Shown in pieces: positions 1 to 9,767 of a stretch of 46,116 bases of DNA. The translations under genes were made by a program, and so were the position numbers. The first letter of the stretch is position 1; each line of letters starts with the position of its first letter. Under the pieces are notes generated by a model. The model had not been told where the DNA came from. It saw nothing but the letters and a program-made list of their open reading frames with translations, and did not search any database. This DNA is from Bacteroidota bacterium (GTDB taxonomy: Bacteria; Bacteroidota; Bacteroidia; M30B66): the NCBI GenBank assembly GCA_947459155.1, contig CANHCM010000002.1:1-46116 (forward strand). Direction: 5' to 3'.

Positions 1-1310
1 AAAGCCAGAATTTGAAGCGGAGTGATGGCCGATTCGTATCCTATCGAAAGGCTCGGAAGGCTCGACCGCGACCATTTGTCATGCTCTGGGTGATAGAAGT
101 AGCCAGATACTTCCCCCGGAACCTTAACTCCAACCGTTTGACCGAAACGGTACTTTCTCAGTTTAGCGATGAATTTTCTAGGGTCGCGTTGGTAGGCCTT
201 CAGCACAGCTTTGATGATGCCAACATTCGATGATTCAATAAAGGCTTCAGCAAGAGGAATTTTGCCGTAACCACCGGGCTTGGAGTCGTGAATTACTTGC
301 GAGCCAAAGCGAATGACACCACCTTGTGTATCAACAATGTCTGAAGTGTCGGCCAGCCCATCTTCAACCATGGCCAATACCGAAGCCAGTTTAAATGTGG
401 ATCCGGGTGCCCAGGTTGCCGCAAAGGCATTGTTGTAGCTTTCTTCGTACAGGCTGGAATCATTAAGGCTTCGGGCAAGATTAGCCACAGCTTTGATATA
501 CCCGGTTTTCACTTCCATCACAATCACACAGCCACGGTCGGCATCGTTAAGCTGCATTTGCTTTCTCAAAGCACTTTCTGCAACGTCTTGAAGCTGAACA
601 TCTAATGTGGTGATGATGTCGTTGCCTGCAACCGGTTCAACGCCATCGGCGCCTTCTACCGGAACCCTAAGCGATTGCGAGAGACCTTGCATAAGCACAA
701 GCCCGTCTTTTCCGGTGAGTTCCTCGTTAAAACTCAACTCTAAACCAAATCGTTGCCCAGCGTCGTTAACACCGCCGATGGTAAACAAGGCCAAATTGTC
801 GAGTGTAGGGATGCGCTTTTCGCTTTGATCGATAATTACTCCTGCCTTGCGCTTGTCGTTTAGCAAAGGAAGTTTCAGCAATTGCTGCATTCCCTCATAA
901 TCGAGGTTTCTCCGAATGGTTGGGTGATAGATGGGGTTTTTGTAACCACGCTTTAAGCTGGCCCGCAACTCGGCCACATCGGTATTCGGGAATAAGGCTT
1001 TTACGCCCTGCACAAGACTGTCGACCCTCGTAGGGTAGTTTTTGCGGATTTTTTCAAAGCTAAAGTCCAGTCTAACAATGTATTGGACAACAGAAACAGA
1101 AAGAGGCGTGCCATCAGCCGCCAGTATACTCCCTCTTGGCGCTTTGATTTTTTCCAGCTTGGGATTGATGATTTTCTTCCGCTCATTTAACCAGATCTCA
1201 CGCTGAACCAATCCAATAGTAACAGCCTTACCCAATACGGCCATTCCGAGCATCACTGCACAGAAATAAATAACCCTCAGCCGGGTTAGTATTTGGCCTG
1301 ATGGATTCAT
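1..1310 (-). CDS. ftsI: Class B penicillin-binding protein / peptidoglycan D,D-transpeptidase FtsI (first ~436 codons; 3' end runs off the left edge)
   Basis: The minus-strand frame is open from the ATG (cat at 1308-1310) to position 1. It has no stop in the window, so it is absent from the ORF track. My translation gives an N-terminal hydrophobic anchor, APGSTFK (SxxK active site, about 396-416) and ESSN (SxN, about 222-233). Its ATG overlaps the ftsL stop (ATGA), and the order mraZ-rsmH-ftsL-ftsI is canonical. Confidence 0.88.
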   Translation of the reverse strand, partial: MNPSGQILTRLRVIYFCAVMLGMAVLGKAVTIGLVQREIWLNERKKIINPKLEKIKAPRGSILAADGTPLSVSVVQYIVRLDFSFEKIRKNYPTRVDSLVQGVKALFPNTDVAELRASLKRGYKNPIYHPTIRRNLDYEGMQQLLKLPLLNDKRKAGVIIDQSEKRIPTLDNLALFTIGGVNDAGQRFGLELSFNEELTGKDGLVLMQGLSQSLRVPVEGADGVEPVAGNDIITTLDVQLQDVAESALRKQMQLNDADRGCVIVMEVKTGYIKAVANLARSLNDSSLYEESYNNAFAATWAPGSTFKLASVLAMVEDGLADTSDIVDTQGGVIRFGSQVIHDSKPGGYGKIPLAEAFIESSNVGIIKAVLKAYQRDPRKFIAKLRKYRFGQTVGVKVPGEVSGYFYHPEHDKWSRSSLPSLSIGYESAITPLQILA

Positions 1311-1732
1311 TGAGCGTTATCGAGAAAGGGTTTTAGATTGTTTTGTGTGTAGAAAACTGTTCCCCCAATGGGTTCTTTAGATTCGGAAATGCCTGTATTT
1401 TGAAGCTTCACAGCCATTTTGCTAGCCGTTGAACTGAGCGACAGTTGCGATTCAAGGCTCATGTACTCACTCTTGAGGTCGTTAATCTCTTTTTTGATGG
1501 CCGCCGTTTGACGAATCCGTTTCTCGGCATTGTGGGTATTGGCCACATACAAAATGGTAAGTACGAACGCGAAGAGAAAGAAGGGCAAGCGCTTAAGGGT
1601 GCGGCTTCCGGAAAGGAAACTGCCGTCCATCAGCGACTTGATGGCCCGCAACACAAAAGGAACTTTGGCGCCCGTTGCTTGCGCTTCGGCCCTTTCCTCC
1701 TGCGGAGTTTCTTTTTTCTTGAGTCGGTTCAT
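1307..1732 (-). CDS. FtsL-like cell division protein (single TM helix plus coiled coil)
   Basis: 141-aa ORF with a hydrophobic helix (LPFFLFAFVLTILYV) followed by a heptad-like segment. It sits between rsmH and ftsI, and both junctions are ATGA overlaps. Confidence 0.6.
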   Translation of the reverse strand: MNRLKKKETPQEERAEAQATGAKVPFVLRAIKSLMDGSFLSGSRTLKRLPFFLFAFVLTILYVANTHNAEKRIRQTAAIKKEINDLKSEYMSLESQLSLSSTASKMAVKLQNTGISESKEPIGGTVFYTQNNLKPFLDNAQ

Positions 1733-2634
1733 TTCTCTGTTCGCTCGGCAATGCGCAATACTGCACTGCGTGATCGGTTATTTTCTAATTGTTCCGCTTC
1801 GGTGGGCCGAATGGGTTTCCGGGTTATCGCCCTAAAGGGCAGATGGGTCCGACCAAAAAGGTCTTTTTCCGGTTCTCCTTCGAACTTCCCGCTACGGATG
1901 AAATTCTTTACCAGTCTGTCTTCAAGGGAGTGGTAACTGATGATGACCAGTCGGCCGCCAGGGCGGAGTACATCAACGCTTTGTTCGAGAAGCGCTTTGA
2001 GGGCTTCGATTTCCTCATTCACCGCAATCCGAAAGCTTTGAAAAACACGAGCAGCAAACTGATGCTCCTGTCCTCTTTTCATGAAGGGCCGAATGAGCTC
2101 CATCAGTTTAAAAGTGGTATCCGGTTTCCGATCGGCACGTGCGTTCACCAAGTGTCGGGCAAGCCTTCCGGCCTCAGGCAGTTCGCCATAGTTGCGAAAC
2201 ATCTCTTTGAGCTGCGCCTCCGACGATTCCATCAAAAGGGCATAGGCAGTTTTGCCACCCGAAGGGTTCATTCGCATGTCGAGCGGAGCATCGAAGCGCA
2301 ACGAAAAGCCTTTTTCAGCAGTGTCGAACTGATGCGACGAAACCCCAAGGTCGCCGAGTATGCCATCCACCTGTTGGTGGCCATACATGCGAAGGAAATT
2401 TTTTAGAAAACGAAAATTCCCACGGACCAGGGTAAATCGCTCGTCACCGAAGGCGTTTGCTTGTGCATCTGGGTCTTGGTCGAAACCTAACAGTTTTCCC
2501 TGCGCACCAAGATGCTTGAGGATTTCCCGACTGTGACCGCCGCCTCCGAAAGTGACATCTACATACACTCCGTTTGGCTTCAGTTCCAGTCCTTGAATAC
2601 AATCATGTAAAAGAACGGGAGTGTGGTAGGTCAT
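1729..2634 (-). CDS. rsmH: 16S rRNA (cytosine1402-N4)-methyltransferase RsmH (MraW)
   Basis: 301 aa starting YHTPVLL, with VDVTFGGGGHS (SAM site), DLGVSSHQ and ISYHSLEDR motifs. It is in the dcw position after mraZ. Confidence 0.95.
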   Translation of the reverse strand: MTYHTPVLLHDCIQGLELKPNGVYVDVTFGGGGHSREILKHLGAQGKLLGFDQDPDAQANAFGDERFTLVRGNFRFLKNFLRMYGHQQVDGILGDLGVSSHQFDTAEKGFSLRFDAPLDMRMNPSGGKTAYALLMESSEAQLKEMFRNYGELPEAGRLARHLVNARADRKPDTTFKLMELIRPFMKRGQEHQFAARVFQSFRIAVNEEIEALKALLEQSVDVLRPGGRLVIISYHSLEDRLVKNFIRSGKFEGEPEKDLFGRTHLPFRAITRKPIRPTEAEQLENNRSRSAVLRIAERTEK

Positions 2635-3110
2635 GAGCCGGCCGATAAGGTTCCTGAACTGCCGTCGGAAAGGAACTTTTTGGCGAGCTCCGAACGCAAA
2701 CTGCGACTGTGACTTCCCATTTCCTGCTCGTAAACCTCAGGCGACCAAATTTTGTAGGTGTTTAGTCCGGGCATAAGGATGGCATCCGACGCCAATGAGG
2801 CTTTGGCAGCCAGCGAACGCGGTATGTTTATCCGGTTGGCGGTGTCCAAATCCAGCGTGGAGGCATCACCCAAAACCATGTCGATGAATACCTCCACTTC
2901 CGGGTCGTGTTGATTCAAACTCCGAATGCGGTTCATAAACTGATTCCAGGCATCCATTGAGTACAACTCCAAGCAGGGTTTGTAGAGCCCAATGTTGACC
3001 ACAAACTGCCGGCGCTGCGACTCCGGCAACTGCTTGAGCAGCCCCGAAGGCAACACGATGCGGCCTTTGGCATCAACCTTAGACTCGAACTTACCGGTGA
3101 AGTTGTACAT
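2631..3110 (-). CDS. mraZ: Transcriptional regulator MraZ
   Basis: The sequence MYNFTGKFESKVDAKGRIVLP plus a second SpoVT/AbrB-like repeat (DTANRINIP) is typical of MraZ. I chose the ATG at 3110 (about 159 aa) rather than the track start at 3176, whose 22 extra residues are unlike MraZ. Confidence 0.88.
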   Translation of the reverse strand: MYNFTGKFESKVDAKGRIVLPSGLLKQLPESQRRQFVVNIGLYKPCLELYSMDAWNQFMNRIRSLNQHDPEVEVFIDMVLGDASTLDLDTANRINIPRSLAAKASLASDAILMPGLNTYKIWSPEVYEQEMGSHSRSLRSELAKKFLSDGSSGTLSAGS

Positions 3111-3381
3111 CCCTGAGATTACGATTTGGGAGGTAAAAATACTATTTCTATGACACCCTGTGACACCTTGCCCCAATATTGTTAATAAAAAGGCTGATTA
3201 AATCTTACAAGGCTAAAATTTGAGTCTGTAACTATCTGTAAATAAATGATATAAATAATGGTGTCATGAGGTGGGGGTAGTTTAGGCTTTTTCTTCTTCT
3301 CGAGCCGTAACGATTTACTCTGCTTTCTTCCTGTTTGCTAGAAAATGTTACTTTTGGCCATTCAGATTCGCATGAAACGCT

Positions 3382-4152
3382 ATGGAGTATGAACTGAAAC
3401 ACGATGGGGAGTTCAAGTACCTCGAAGACGGGCAAGGTCCTGTATTACTGATTCTTCACGGCCTCTTTGGTGCTCTGAGCAACTTCAAAGATGTATTCGA
3501 AGAGTTCAGAAGCCGCTTCAGGGTTATCATTCCGATGATGCCTATTTATGAGCTGCCGGTGGATGAAACACACGTTAAAAGCCTGGCTTCCTTCATTTAT
3601 AGGTTTACCGAATACAAAGGGCTTGACTCTATAAACCTTCTGGGAAATTCACTCGGTGGGCATGTCGCTCTGGTTTATGCGCTTGAGCATCCGGAAAAGG
3701 TCAACTCAATGATTCTGACCGGGAGTTCAGGACTTTACGAGAATGCAATGGGAGGATCCTTCCCCCGCCGCGAAGACTATGAATTCATTAAAGCGAAGGT
3801 GGCTTACACGTTTTACGACCCTGAAACCGCCACCAAAGAGCTTGTAGATGAGGTGTTTGAAATCGTTAACAATAAAGATAAACTAATTCGAATTCTTGCC
3901 CTTGCCAAATCGGCCATTCGGCACAATATGGCTGAGGAGCTGCATACTTTCCGCATGCCTGTTTGTTTGATTTGGGGAAAAAACGATAACATCACACCGC
4001 CCGACGTGGCTGAGGAATTTAACCGCCTGCTTCAGCATTCTGAGCTCTTTTGGATTGACCAGTGCGGACATGCTCCAATGATGGAAAGGCCTAAAGAATT
4101 CAACGCGATTCTTAGTCCTTGGCTGAAAACACTTTATGCTCAAAAGGTATGA
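3382..4152 (+). CDS. Alpha/beta-fold hydrolase
   Basis: 256 aa with an HG oxyanion motif (LILHGLFG), a GNSLGG nucleophile elbow and a C-terminal CGHAPMMERP histidine motif. Confidence 0.8.
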   Translation: MEYELKHDGEFKYLEDGQGPVLLILHGLFGALSNFKDVFEEFRSRFRVIIPMMPIYELPVDETHVKSLASFIYRFTEYKGLDSINLLGNSLGGHVALVYALEHPEKVNSMILTGSSGLYENAMGGSFPRREDYEFIKAKVAYTFYDPETATKELVDEVFEIVNNKDKLIRILALAKSAIRHNMAEELHTFRMPVCLIWGKNDNITPPDVAEEFNRLLQHSELFWIDQCGHAPMMERPKEFNAILSPWLKTLYAQKV

Positions 4153-4442
4153 CCGTCGACGCTCAATTGATCCAAAATCTAGCTCACCTCTCTCGGCTTG
4201 GTTTTGATGCCGAAAGTGAAGAGGCTATGGTTAACGACCTCAACCGAATGCTCAGCTTCGTTGAAAAGCTCAATGAGGTGAATACCGATGGCATCGAACC
4301 GCTTATCTATATGGTCGATGAAGTCAATGTATTGCGCGAAGATGTTGTGGTTCAGGAAATTTCGCATGCAGAAGCACTGAAAAATTCAGCACGCCACGAT
4401 TCGGATTATTTCCGGGTACCGCGCTTTGTGGAAAACGAATAA
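4149..4442 (+). CDS. gatC: Asp/Glu-tRNA(Asn/Gln) amidotransferase subunit C
   Basis: About 97 aa. The sequences MTVDAQLIQNLAHLSRLGF...VEKLNEVNTDGIEP...REDV are typical GatC. The ATG at 4149 overlaps the hydrolase stop (ATGA). Confidence 0.85.
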   Translation: MTVDAQLIQNLAHLSRLGFDAESEEAMVNDLNRMLSFVEKLNEVNTDGIEPLIYMVDEVNVLREDVVVQEISHAEALKNSARHDSDYFRVPRFVENE

Positions 4443-4461
4443 TTAAGGCGTTTATCCAAAC

Positions 4462-4488
4462 AAAAAAGCGGCTCAAGGCCGCTTTTTT
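4462..4488. terminator. Bidirectional intrinsic terminator between convergent gatC and the bacilliredoxin-like gene
   Basis: AAAAAAGCGGC-tcaag-GCCGCTTTTTT forms a GC stem of 5 bp flanked by an A6 and a T6 run, so it reads as a hairpin plus U-tract on either strand. Confidence 0.65.
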
Positions 4489-4506
4489 GTTTGTGTTCTG
4501 TAGGGT

Positions 4507-4923
4507 TTAGCAGAATTGCTCGAAGGCCATTTTCAGGTTCTCTGCAATCATTTGTGCCGAACGCCCTTCAATATGATGCCGTTCAATAAAGTGAACCAGT
4601 TTGCCATCCTTAAACAAGGCCATTGCCGGTGAAGATGGTGGATATGGTGCAAAATAGGAGCGGGCTCTTGATGTAGCTTCTGCATCATTGCCGGCAAATA
4701 CCGTGGTTAGACGACTTGGTTTTTTCGCACTGTGCTCTAAAGCCATGCGAACGCCCGGACGAGCCGAGCCGGCTGCACATCCGCATACCGAATTCACAAC
4801 GACCAACACGGTGCCTTCTGGAGCATTCAATGCTGCGTCTACCGCATCTGCTGTGCGAAGCTCCTCAAAGCCGGCGTTAACCAACTCCTGACGCATCGGA
4901 GCAACAATCTGTTCTGGGTACAT
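4507..4923 (-). CDS. Bacilliredoxin-like thiol-disulfide oxidoreductase (BrxA/BrxB, DUF1094/YphP family)
   Basis: MYPEQIVAPMRQELV...VVVNSVCGCAAGSARP carries the family-defining CGC motif. I chose the start at the ATG at 4923 (138 aa), because the track extension adds 12 unlikely residues. Confidence 0.72.
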   Translation of the reverse strand: MYPEQIVAPMRQELVNAGFEELRTADAVDAALNAPEGTVLVVVNSVCGCAAGSARPGVRMALEHSAKKPSRLTTVFAGNDAEATSRARSYFAPYPPSSPAMALFKDGKLVHFIERHHIEGRSAQMIAENLKMAFEQFC

Positions 4924-4971
4924 ATATATGAGGTTTTGAACGAAACAAAAGTACAACAAAAGGGTTCGCGC

Positions 4972-5946
4972 CTACTTCTTTCGGTTGACTGTATAATGCA
5001 CCAAATTGATAAACGATTGCTTGTATTCACTATCCGGAAACTCCGCTAAGGCAGCCAAAGCCCTGTCTCTGTATTCACACATTTTCTGCTCTGCATAACG
5101 AATACCTTCGCTTGCATTTACCCAGGCAATCACCTCATCAACCTTGGCAGGCTCGGTGTTGTGGTTTTTGATAATGTTGATGATCTTTCGTTTTTCCGAT
5201 TTATCGGCTTGCGACAATGCGTAAATCAGCGGTAAGGTCATCTTTCTTTCTTTAATGTCAATGCCTGTTGGTTTTCCGATCGATGATCCTCGCTCATAAT
5301 CGAAGAGGTCATCTTTAATCTGAAAGGCAATCCCAACCCATTCTCCGATTTGACGCATGCGTTCGGTTCTTTCGGCATCTGAACCTGCCGAAGCAGCACC
5401 CGAGGCACAACACGAAGCAATTAAGGTGGCCGTTTTCTGCCTGATAATGTCGAAATACACCTCCTCCTGAATGTCGAGTCTTCGCGCCTTTTCAATCTGG
5501 AGCAATTCTCCTTCGCTCATCTCCCTGACCGAATTACTTACTAATCGTAAAACCGTGAATTCGCTGTGATCCACCGAAAGTAAAAGCCCTCTGGACAGAA
5601 GGTAGTCGCCTACAAGTACCGCGATTTTATTCTTCCACAAGGCATTCACCGAGAAGAACCCCCGGCGTTCGTTCGAGTCATCTACCACATCATCGTGAAC
5701 CAGTGTGGCCGTATGCAGCAGTTCGATCAACGAAGCCGCCCGATAGGTGCTTTCTGTAATTCCTCCACAAATACCCGCCGATAAAAACACAAACATGGGA
5801 CGAACCTGCTTGCCTTTCCGCTTAACAATGTAGTAAGTGATCTTATCCAGCAAAGGCACGCTCGACTTCATCGACTCTCTGAAACGCTGCTCAAAAGCGT
5901 CCATCTCTTTGGCAATAGGTTTTTTCAGATCGTCGATTCCCGGCAT
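4972..5946 (-). CDS. Polyprenyl diphosphate synthase (trans-IPPS, IspB-like)
   Basis: 324 aa with a first Asp-rich motif LVHDDVVDDSNERRG and a second FQIKDDLFD. Confidence 0.9.
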   Translation of the reverse strand: MPGIDDLKKPIAKEMDAFEQRFRESMKSSVPLLDKITYYIVKRKGKQVRPMFVFLSAGICGGITESTYRAASLIELLHTATLVHDDVVDDSNERRGFFSVNALWKNKIAVLVGDYLLSRGLLLSVDHSEFTVLRLVSNSVREMSEGELLQIEKARRLDIQEEVYFDIIRQKTATLIASCCASGAASAGSDAERTERMRQIGEWVGIAFQIKDDLFDYERGSSIGKPTGIDIKERKMTLPLIYALSQADKSEKRKIINIIKNHNTEPAKVDEVIAWVNASEGIRYAEQKMCEYRDRALAALAEFPDSEYKQSFINLVHYTVNRKK

Positions 5947-6004
5947 AGCGGCTCAAAAATAGGGCATTTCGCTATCCAATAGGCATTACGTACCTTCGTA
6001 GGCC

Positions 6005-7978
6005 GTGATTTCGCGTCGTACCATAGAACTTGTTAACGATACCGCCCGCATCGAAGAAGTGGTTGGTGACTTCGTTTCCCTTAAGCGCAGGGGAAGTAGT
6101 TTGCTCGGTCTGTGCCCATTTCACAACGAGAAAACGCCCTCTTTTAATGTTACGCCTGCGAAAGGGATTTTTAAGTGTTTTGGTTGCGGCAAAGCCGGGA
6201 ATGCAGTCCGCTTCATTATGGAGCACGAGAAACTGGCCTATCCTGAAGCCATCCGCTACCTCGCGAAAAAGTACCAAATAGATGTAGAGGAAGAGCAACA
6301 AAGCGAGGAAGTGAAGCAAGAGCTTGCCGAACGCGAGTCGATGCTGCTTCTCAACGAGTGGGTGGCCGCTTTCTTTGAAGATCAACTTTGGAATACCGAA
6401 TCGGGAAAAGCCATTGGGTATAGCTATTTCAAAGAGCGGGGTTTTACTGATGACACCATCCGTAAATTCAGGTTAGGCTTACACCCTGATGGATGGTCGG
6501 GCCTAACCGATACGGCCGTTCAACAAGGATACCGCAAAGAATATCTCGTAAAAACCGGACTTTCCATCGAGCGCGAAAATGGAAGCCTGATTGATCGGTT
6601 CCGCAATCGGGTCATGTTCCCGATTCAGAACTTGTCGGGAAGAGTGATCGGCTTCGGAGGCCGAATACTGACCAACGACAAAAAAATCGCGAAATACCTG
6701 AACTCTCCCGAGTCAGAAGTTTACCACAAAAGTTCGGTGCTCTATGGCATTTTTCACGCCCGAAAAGCCATCGCCGAAAAAGACGAAGTGCTGCTGGTCG
6801 AAGGGTACACCGATGTAATTTCACTCCACCAGGCCGGTGTCGAAAATGTGGTCTCCTCGTCGGGAACTTCACTCACTGCCGACCAGGTTCGCATCATTCG
6901 AAGGTATACTCAAAATGTAACCATTCTCTATGATGGCGATCAGGCAGGATTAAAGGCCTCATTCCGGGGAATCGACATGATTCTCGAACAAGGAATGAAT
7001 GTGAAAATCGTCCTTTTCCCCGACGGAGAAGACCCCGACTCCTTCGCCCGGAAGAATTCGCCATTGTATATTCAGGATTACATCCGTTCCGAAGCTCAAA
7101 ACTTTATCACCTTTAAAACTTCGGTTCTTTCTGCCGAAGCCGGAAGCGACCCGATTCGAAGAGCCGGCATGATTCGCGAAATCATCAGCTCGCTGGCCCT
7201 CATTCCTGACCCTGTTATTAGAGCACTTTATCTTAAGGAGTGCTCGCGGGCCGTCGACATGGAAGAGCAAACCTTGCTGCTCGAACTCAACAAACAGCTA
7301 CGTTCGCTTCACGATAAAAAACCTTACCGCACTGAGCAACCTCCTGAAGCCCCACCCGATGATCTTTTTGCCGGTGATGAAGGAGAGCAAGGCTTGCCAT
7401 TTCGTGAGGTTCAAAACGACACCACCACAGCCCAGGAACGTGATATCATCCGCTTATTGGTGCGTTTTGCCAACAAGGAACTCGTTTTCCCTGAACTCGA
7501 TGAGCAAGGCAACAAAGTCGAACACCTAATGCGTGTGGGCGATTTTATTCTCTCTGAACTGGAGGCCGATGAAGTTCGTCCTCTTGATCCTGTGTTTTTA
7601 CGACTCTACCAACTCTTTCTTGAAGCAGCAAACGATGTGTATCCAACCGATGCTCAGTTGTTTAATCATGAAGACGAGGCCATTTCTTCCATGGCCATAG
7701 ACCTCAGCACCGATGCGCATGAGCTCAGCGAAATGTGGCAAAAGCACCACCAGATCTACATTACCACGGAAGAGGATGTGTTAAAGAAATCGGTGCATAC
7801 CGCCGTTTATGCCTACAAATTGCGGCATGTTCAGCACATGCTTAAAGAGGCGGGTGAAGCGCTTAAACAAATGGGACCGGGCGAAGAAGAGGAACAAATT
7901 CGTCTCCTTGAAAAATGCATGGCCCTTCAGCAGGCAAAAATGGAGATTGCGCGTCATCTCTCTTATGTATTCATCTAA
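6005..7978 (+). CDS. dnaG: DNA primase
   Basis: 657 aa with a GTG start. It has a zinc ribbon (CPFHNEKTPSF...CFGCGKAG), an RNA polymerase core and TOPRIM motifs (LVEGYTDV, YDGDQAG). Confidence 0.95.
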   Translation: MISRRTIELVNDTARIEEVVGDFVSLKRRGSSLLGLCPFHNEKTPSFNVTPAKGIFKCFGCGKAGNAVRFIMEHEKLAYPEAIRYLAKKYQIDVEEEQQSEEVKQELAERESMLLLNEWVAAFFEDQLWNTESGKAIGYSYFKERGFTDDTIRKFRLGLHPDGWSGLTDTAVQQGYRKEYLVKTGLSIERENGSLIDRFRNRVMFPIQNLSGRVIGFGGRILTNDKKIAKYLNSPESEVYHKSSVLYGIFHARKAIAEKDEVLLVEGYTDVISLHQAGVENVVSSSGTSLTADQVRIIRRYTQNVTILYDGDQAGLKASFRGIDMILEQGMNVKIVLFPDGEDPDSFARKNSPLYIQDYIRSEAQNFITFKTSVLSAEAGSDPIRRAGMIREIISSLALIPDPVIRALYLKECSRAVDMEEQTLLLELNKQLRSLHDKKPYRTEQPPEAPPDDLFAGDEGEQGLPFREVQNDTTTAQERDIIRLLVRFANKELVFPELDEQGNKVEHLMRVGDFILSELEADEVRPLDPVFLRLYQLFLEAANDVYPTDAQLFNHEDEAISSMAIDLSTDAHELSEMWQKHHQIYITTEEDVLKKSVHTAVYAYKLRHVQHMLKEAGEALKQMGPGEEEEQIRLLEKCMALQQAKMEIARHLSYVFI

Positions 7979-8128
7979 ATCTGGGACAGGCCTATACTCT
8001 GATTCCCAGTAATTTCGTTGGTGATTGCTTGTATTGTGATTTGGATAGGCTTTTGCCACTGTTGATTAAGCTTTCTGGCTATGGCTAAGTCGTACAGGCC
8101 GTTTTCGCCGCTGCCAGGCAAAAGATAC

Positions 8129-8157
8129 TTGCCCGCCTAACAACTTTATTACATTTG
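8129..8157 (+). promoter_or_regulatory. Putative Bacteroidota sigma-A promoter for the 8190 ORF
   Basis: TTG at 8129-8131, an 18-nt spacer, then TACATTTG at 8150-8157, an exact TAnnTTTG -7 box. It lies 33 nt upstream of the ATG at 8190. Confidence 0.4.
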
Positions 8158-8189
8158 AACGTTTTTCAGCAAGGCCTCGTTAAGCCAAT

Positions 8190-9767
8190 ATGCCTATGCC
8201 CCTTTCAACTCATTCAAGGCTCACCGATTCACAGTCAACTCCACGGCCACAGTTTCTCACCATTCAAAAGGTTGTGAAACTGATGTCGCCTTTCCACAAA
8301 GCCGAGTTCTGCGAATATCTCAAGGAAATCAAAGCCATAGTGCCTTTGCGCTTGGTGGAAGCCATCGATGAGAGTATGTTGAATACAGTAAGCTCCGATG
8401 ATTTGTGTGAGGCCGTATATGGAAAAAAAGACGCCCAAACCCGAAAGAGCTTCAATCAGTTGGCTTCTCACACCTTCAAGTTAACAGCCTATCTGAGCAG
8501 GAATTACCCATCATACCTTCTGCACAACGTCGAAAAAATAGAGCACTGGATTAATGCTGCACGGATTCGGGAAGCCAACATATTAGCCGACATCACGCTA
8601 GATATTGCAGAGAAAATTGAGGATTTTCAAACTCAACAGCTGGTTTTACGGTTTTTCAGCCAGCAGGCCAATTTGCAAAAGTCGCATGCCGAAGTGGTCC
8701 GCTACACGGCTAAACTTGTTGAGGCCAGTGAGTTCGAATTGCTATACAACCAAATCAACCTTTACTTAAGAAAGAACTTTAACATCTCGGTTAAGGACGA
8801 TTCCGTCTTGCACTCCTTAGACGGCCACTTTCAGTATTTTCGGAACTTTTACGAGCATCCATCTGCCAAGATTAGGATTCTGTGCAAGTTCGCCAACTTC
8901 TATCTATACTATTATTATCGCCCGACCGAGTTCCTCACCGAACGCATCCAACAAGAGCTAAACGACTTCGATGAGGAGTTTCAAAAGCACGCCGTTGTAG
9001 CATTTCCATTCATGGAAGACATCTACAGCAAGGTCATGTTCTACAGACTCAACCTGAGTACTACCGACCTTAGCTCCAAAGAAGGGAAAAGTGAATACCA
9101 GAAATTACTGAGCCACAACCGGTTTTTAAAGTTTTGGCAGAACTATGTTAATATCCCAGAACTCTACGCCATCACCATCAAGAGTACATTTTTCCTCACC
9201 CGTTATCACAGCATTAACCATCGCCTAGATTTTCGGCAAGTCATCCCTTTAGAAGATAAGCAGGAAATTTCAAGACTCGCGGCGCGTTGCGAAGAGCTCA
9301 TCAGCAAAGACATTTGGGAACCTGATCATGTTAACGACCTGATTCACTTCAGGCTCGCCTGGTCGGCACTTTTGCTACTTGGCGAAAGAAGCGAGGTTCG
9401 GAAAGGAGTCGATAATCTGGAGAAATTGATGACCACCTTTCAGCAAATCACCTTCAGCGAAAGTCTGGATTCCATCTTCATTTGCCTCATGATTGGTTAT
9501 TTTGCTTTGGATGACTACAAGTCTTGTGTCGACACTTTCAAACGTTACACAAAGCTTTCCAAAGGCCGGGTGGTATATGCCGAAAATGACTTGGAGATTC
9601 ATACCTATTATTATGTGGCTCAGTGGCTTAGCTCACAACGGCAACAATACCTACGCAAAATTGAAGAGAACTACCGCCGCGCAGGCCAGCACAGCAGCAG
9701 TAAGGTCATTCAACAGACAATCCTCGAGTTGGTCAACTATTTTAATATCCCAGTAAGCCTTATCTAG
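8190..9767 (+). CDS. Hypothetical protein, 525 aa, predicted all-alpha/helical-repeat, no recognisable catalytic motif
   Basis: Long uninterrupted ORF with protein-like composition and a candidate promoter of its own. I recognise no family. The start is uncertain (8190, 8196 or the Met at MSPFHK). Confidence 0.6.
   Translation: MPMPLSTHSRLTDSQSTPRPQFLTIQKVVKLMSPFHKAEFCEYLKEIKAIVPLRLVEAIDESMLNTVSSDDLCEAVYGKKDAQTRKSFNQLASHTFKLTAYLSRNYPSYLLHNVEKIEHWINAARIREANILADITLDIAEKIEDFQTQQLVLRFFSQQANLQKSHAEVVRYTAKLVEASEFELLYNQINLYLRKNFNISVKDDSVLHSLDGHFQYFRNFYEHPSAKIRILCKFANFYLYYYYRPTEFLTERIQQELNDFDEEFQKHAVVAFPFMEDIYSKVMFYRLNLSTTDLSSKEGKSEYQKLLSHNRFLKFWQNYVNIPELYAITIKSTFFLTRYHSINHRLDFRQVIPLEDKQEISRLAARCEELISKDIWEPDHVNDLIHFRLAWSALLLLGERSEVRKGVDNLEKLMTTFQQITFSESLDSIFICLMIGYFALDDYKSCVDTFKRYTKLSKGRVVYAENDLEIHTYYYVAQWLSSQRQQYLRKIEENYRRAGQHSSSKVIQQTILELVNYFNIPVSLI

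Noticed and set aside
1445-2406. Long plus-strand ORFs (1445-1936, 1530-1835, 1789-2406) opposite ftsL/rsmH
   Set aside because: They are antisense shadows of strongly supported minus-strand genes. Their composition is Arg/Ser/Leu-rich and low in complexity, and they have no motifs.
5972-6385. 137-aa minus-strand ORF overlapping the 5' end of dnaG
   Set aside because: It lies entirely inside or opposite the well-supported primase zinc-finger region, so it is a shadow ORF.
7981-8009. Hairpin CTGGGA...TCCCAG after dnaG as an intrinsic terminator
   Set aside because: The stem is only 6 bp, the loop is 17 nt and there is no U-tract, which is too weak to call.
7781-8059. 92-aa minus-strand ORF overlapping the dnaG 3' end and the intergenic region
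   Set aside because: It mostly overlaps dnaG antisense, has no motif, and the neighbouring promoter signal points the other way.
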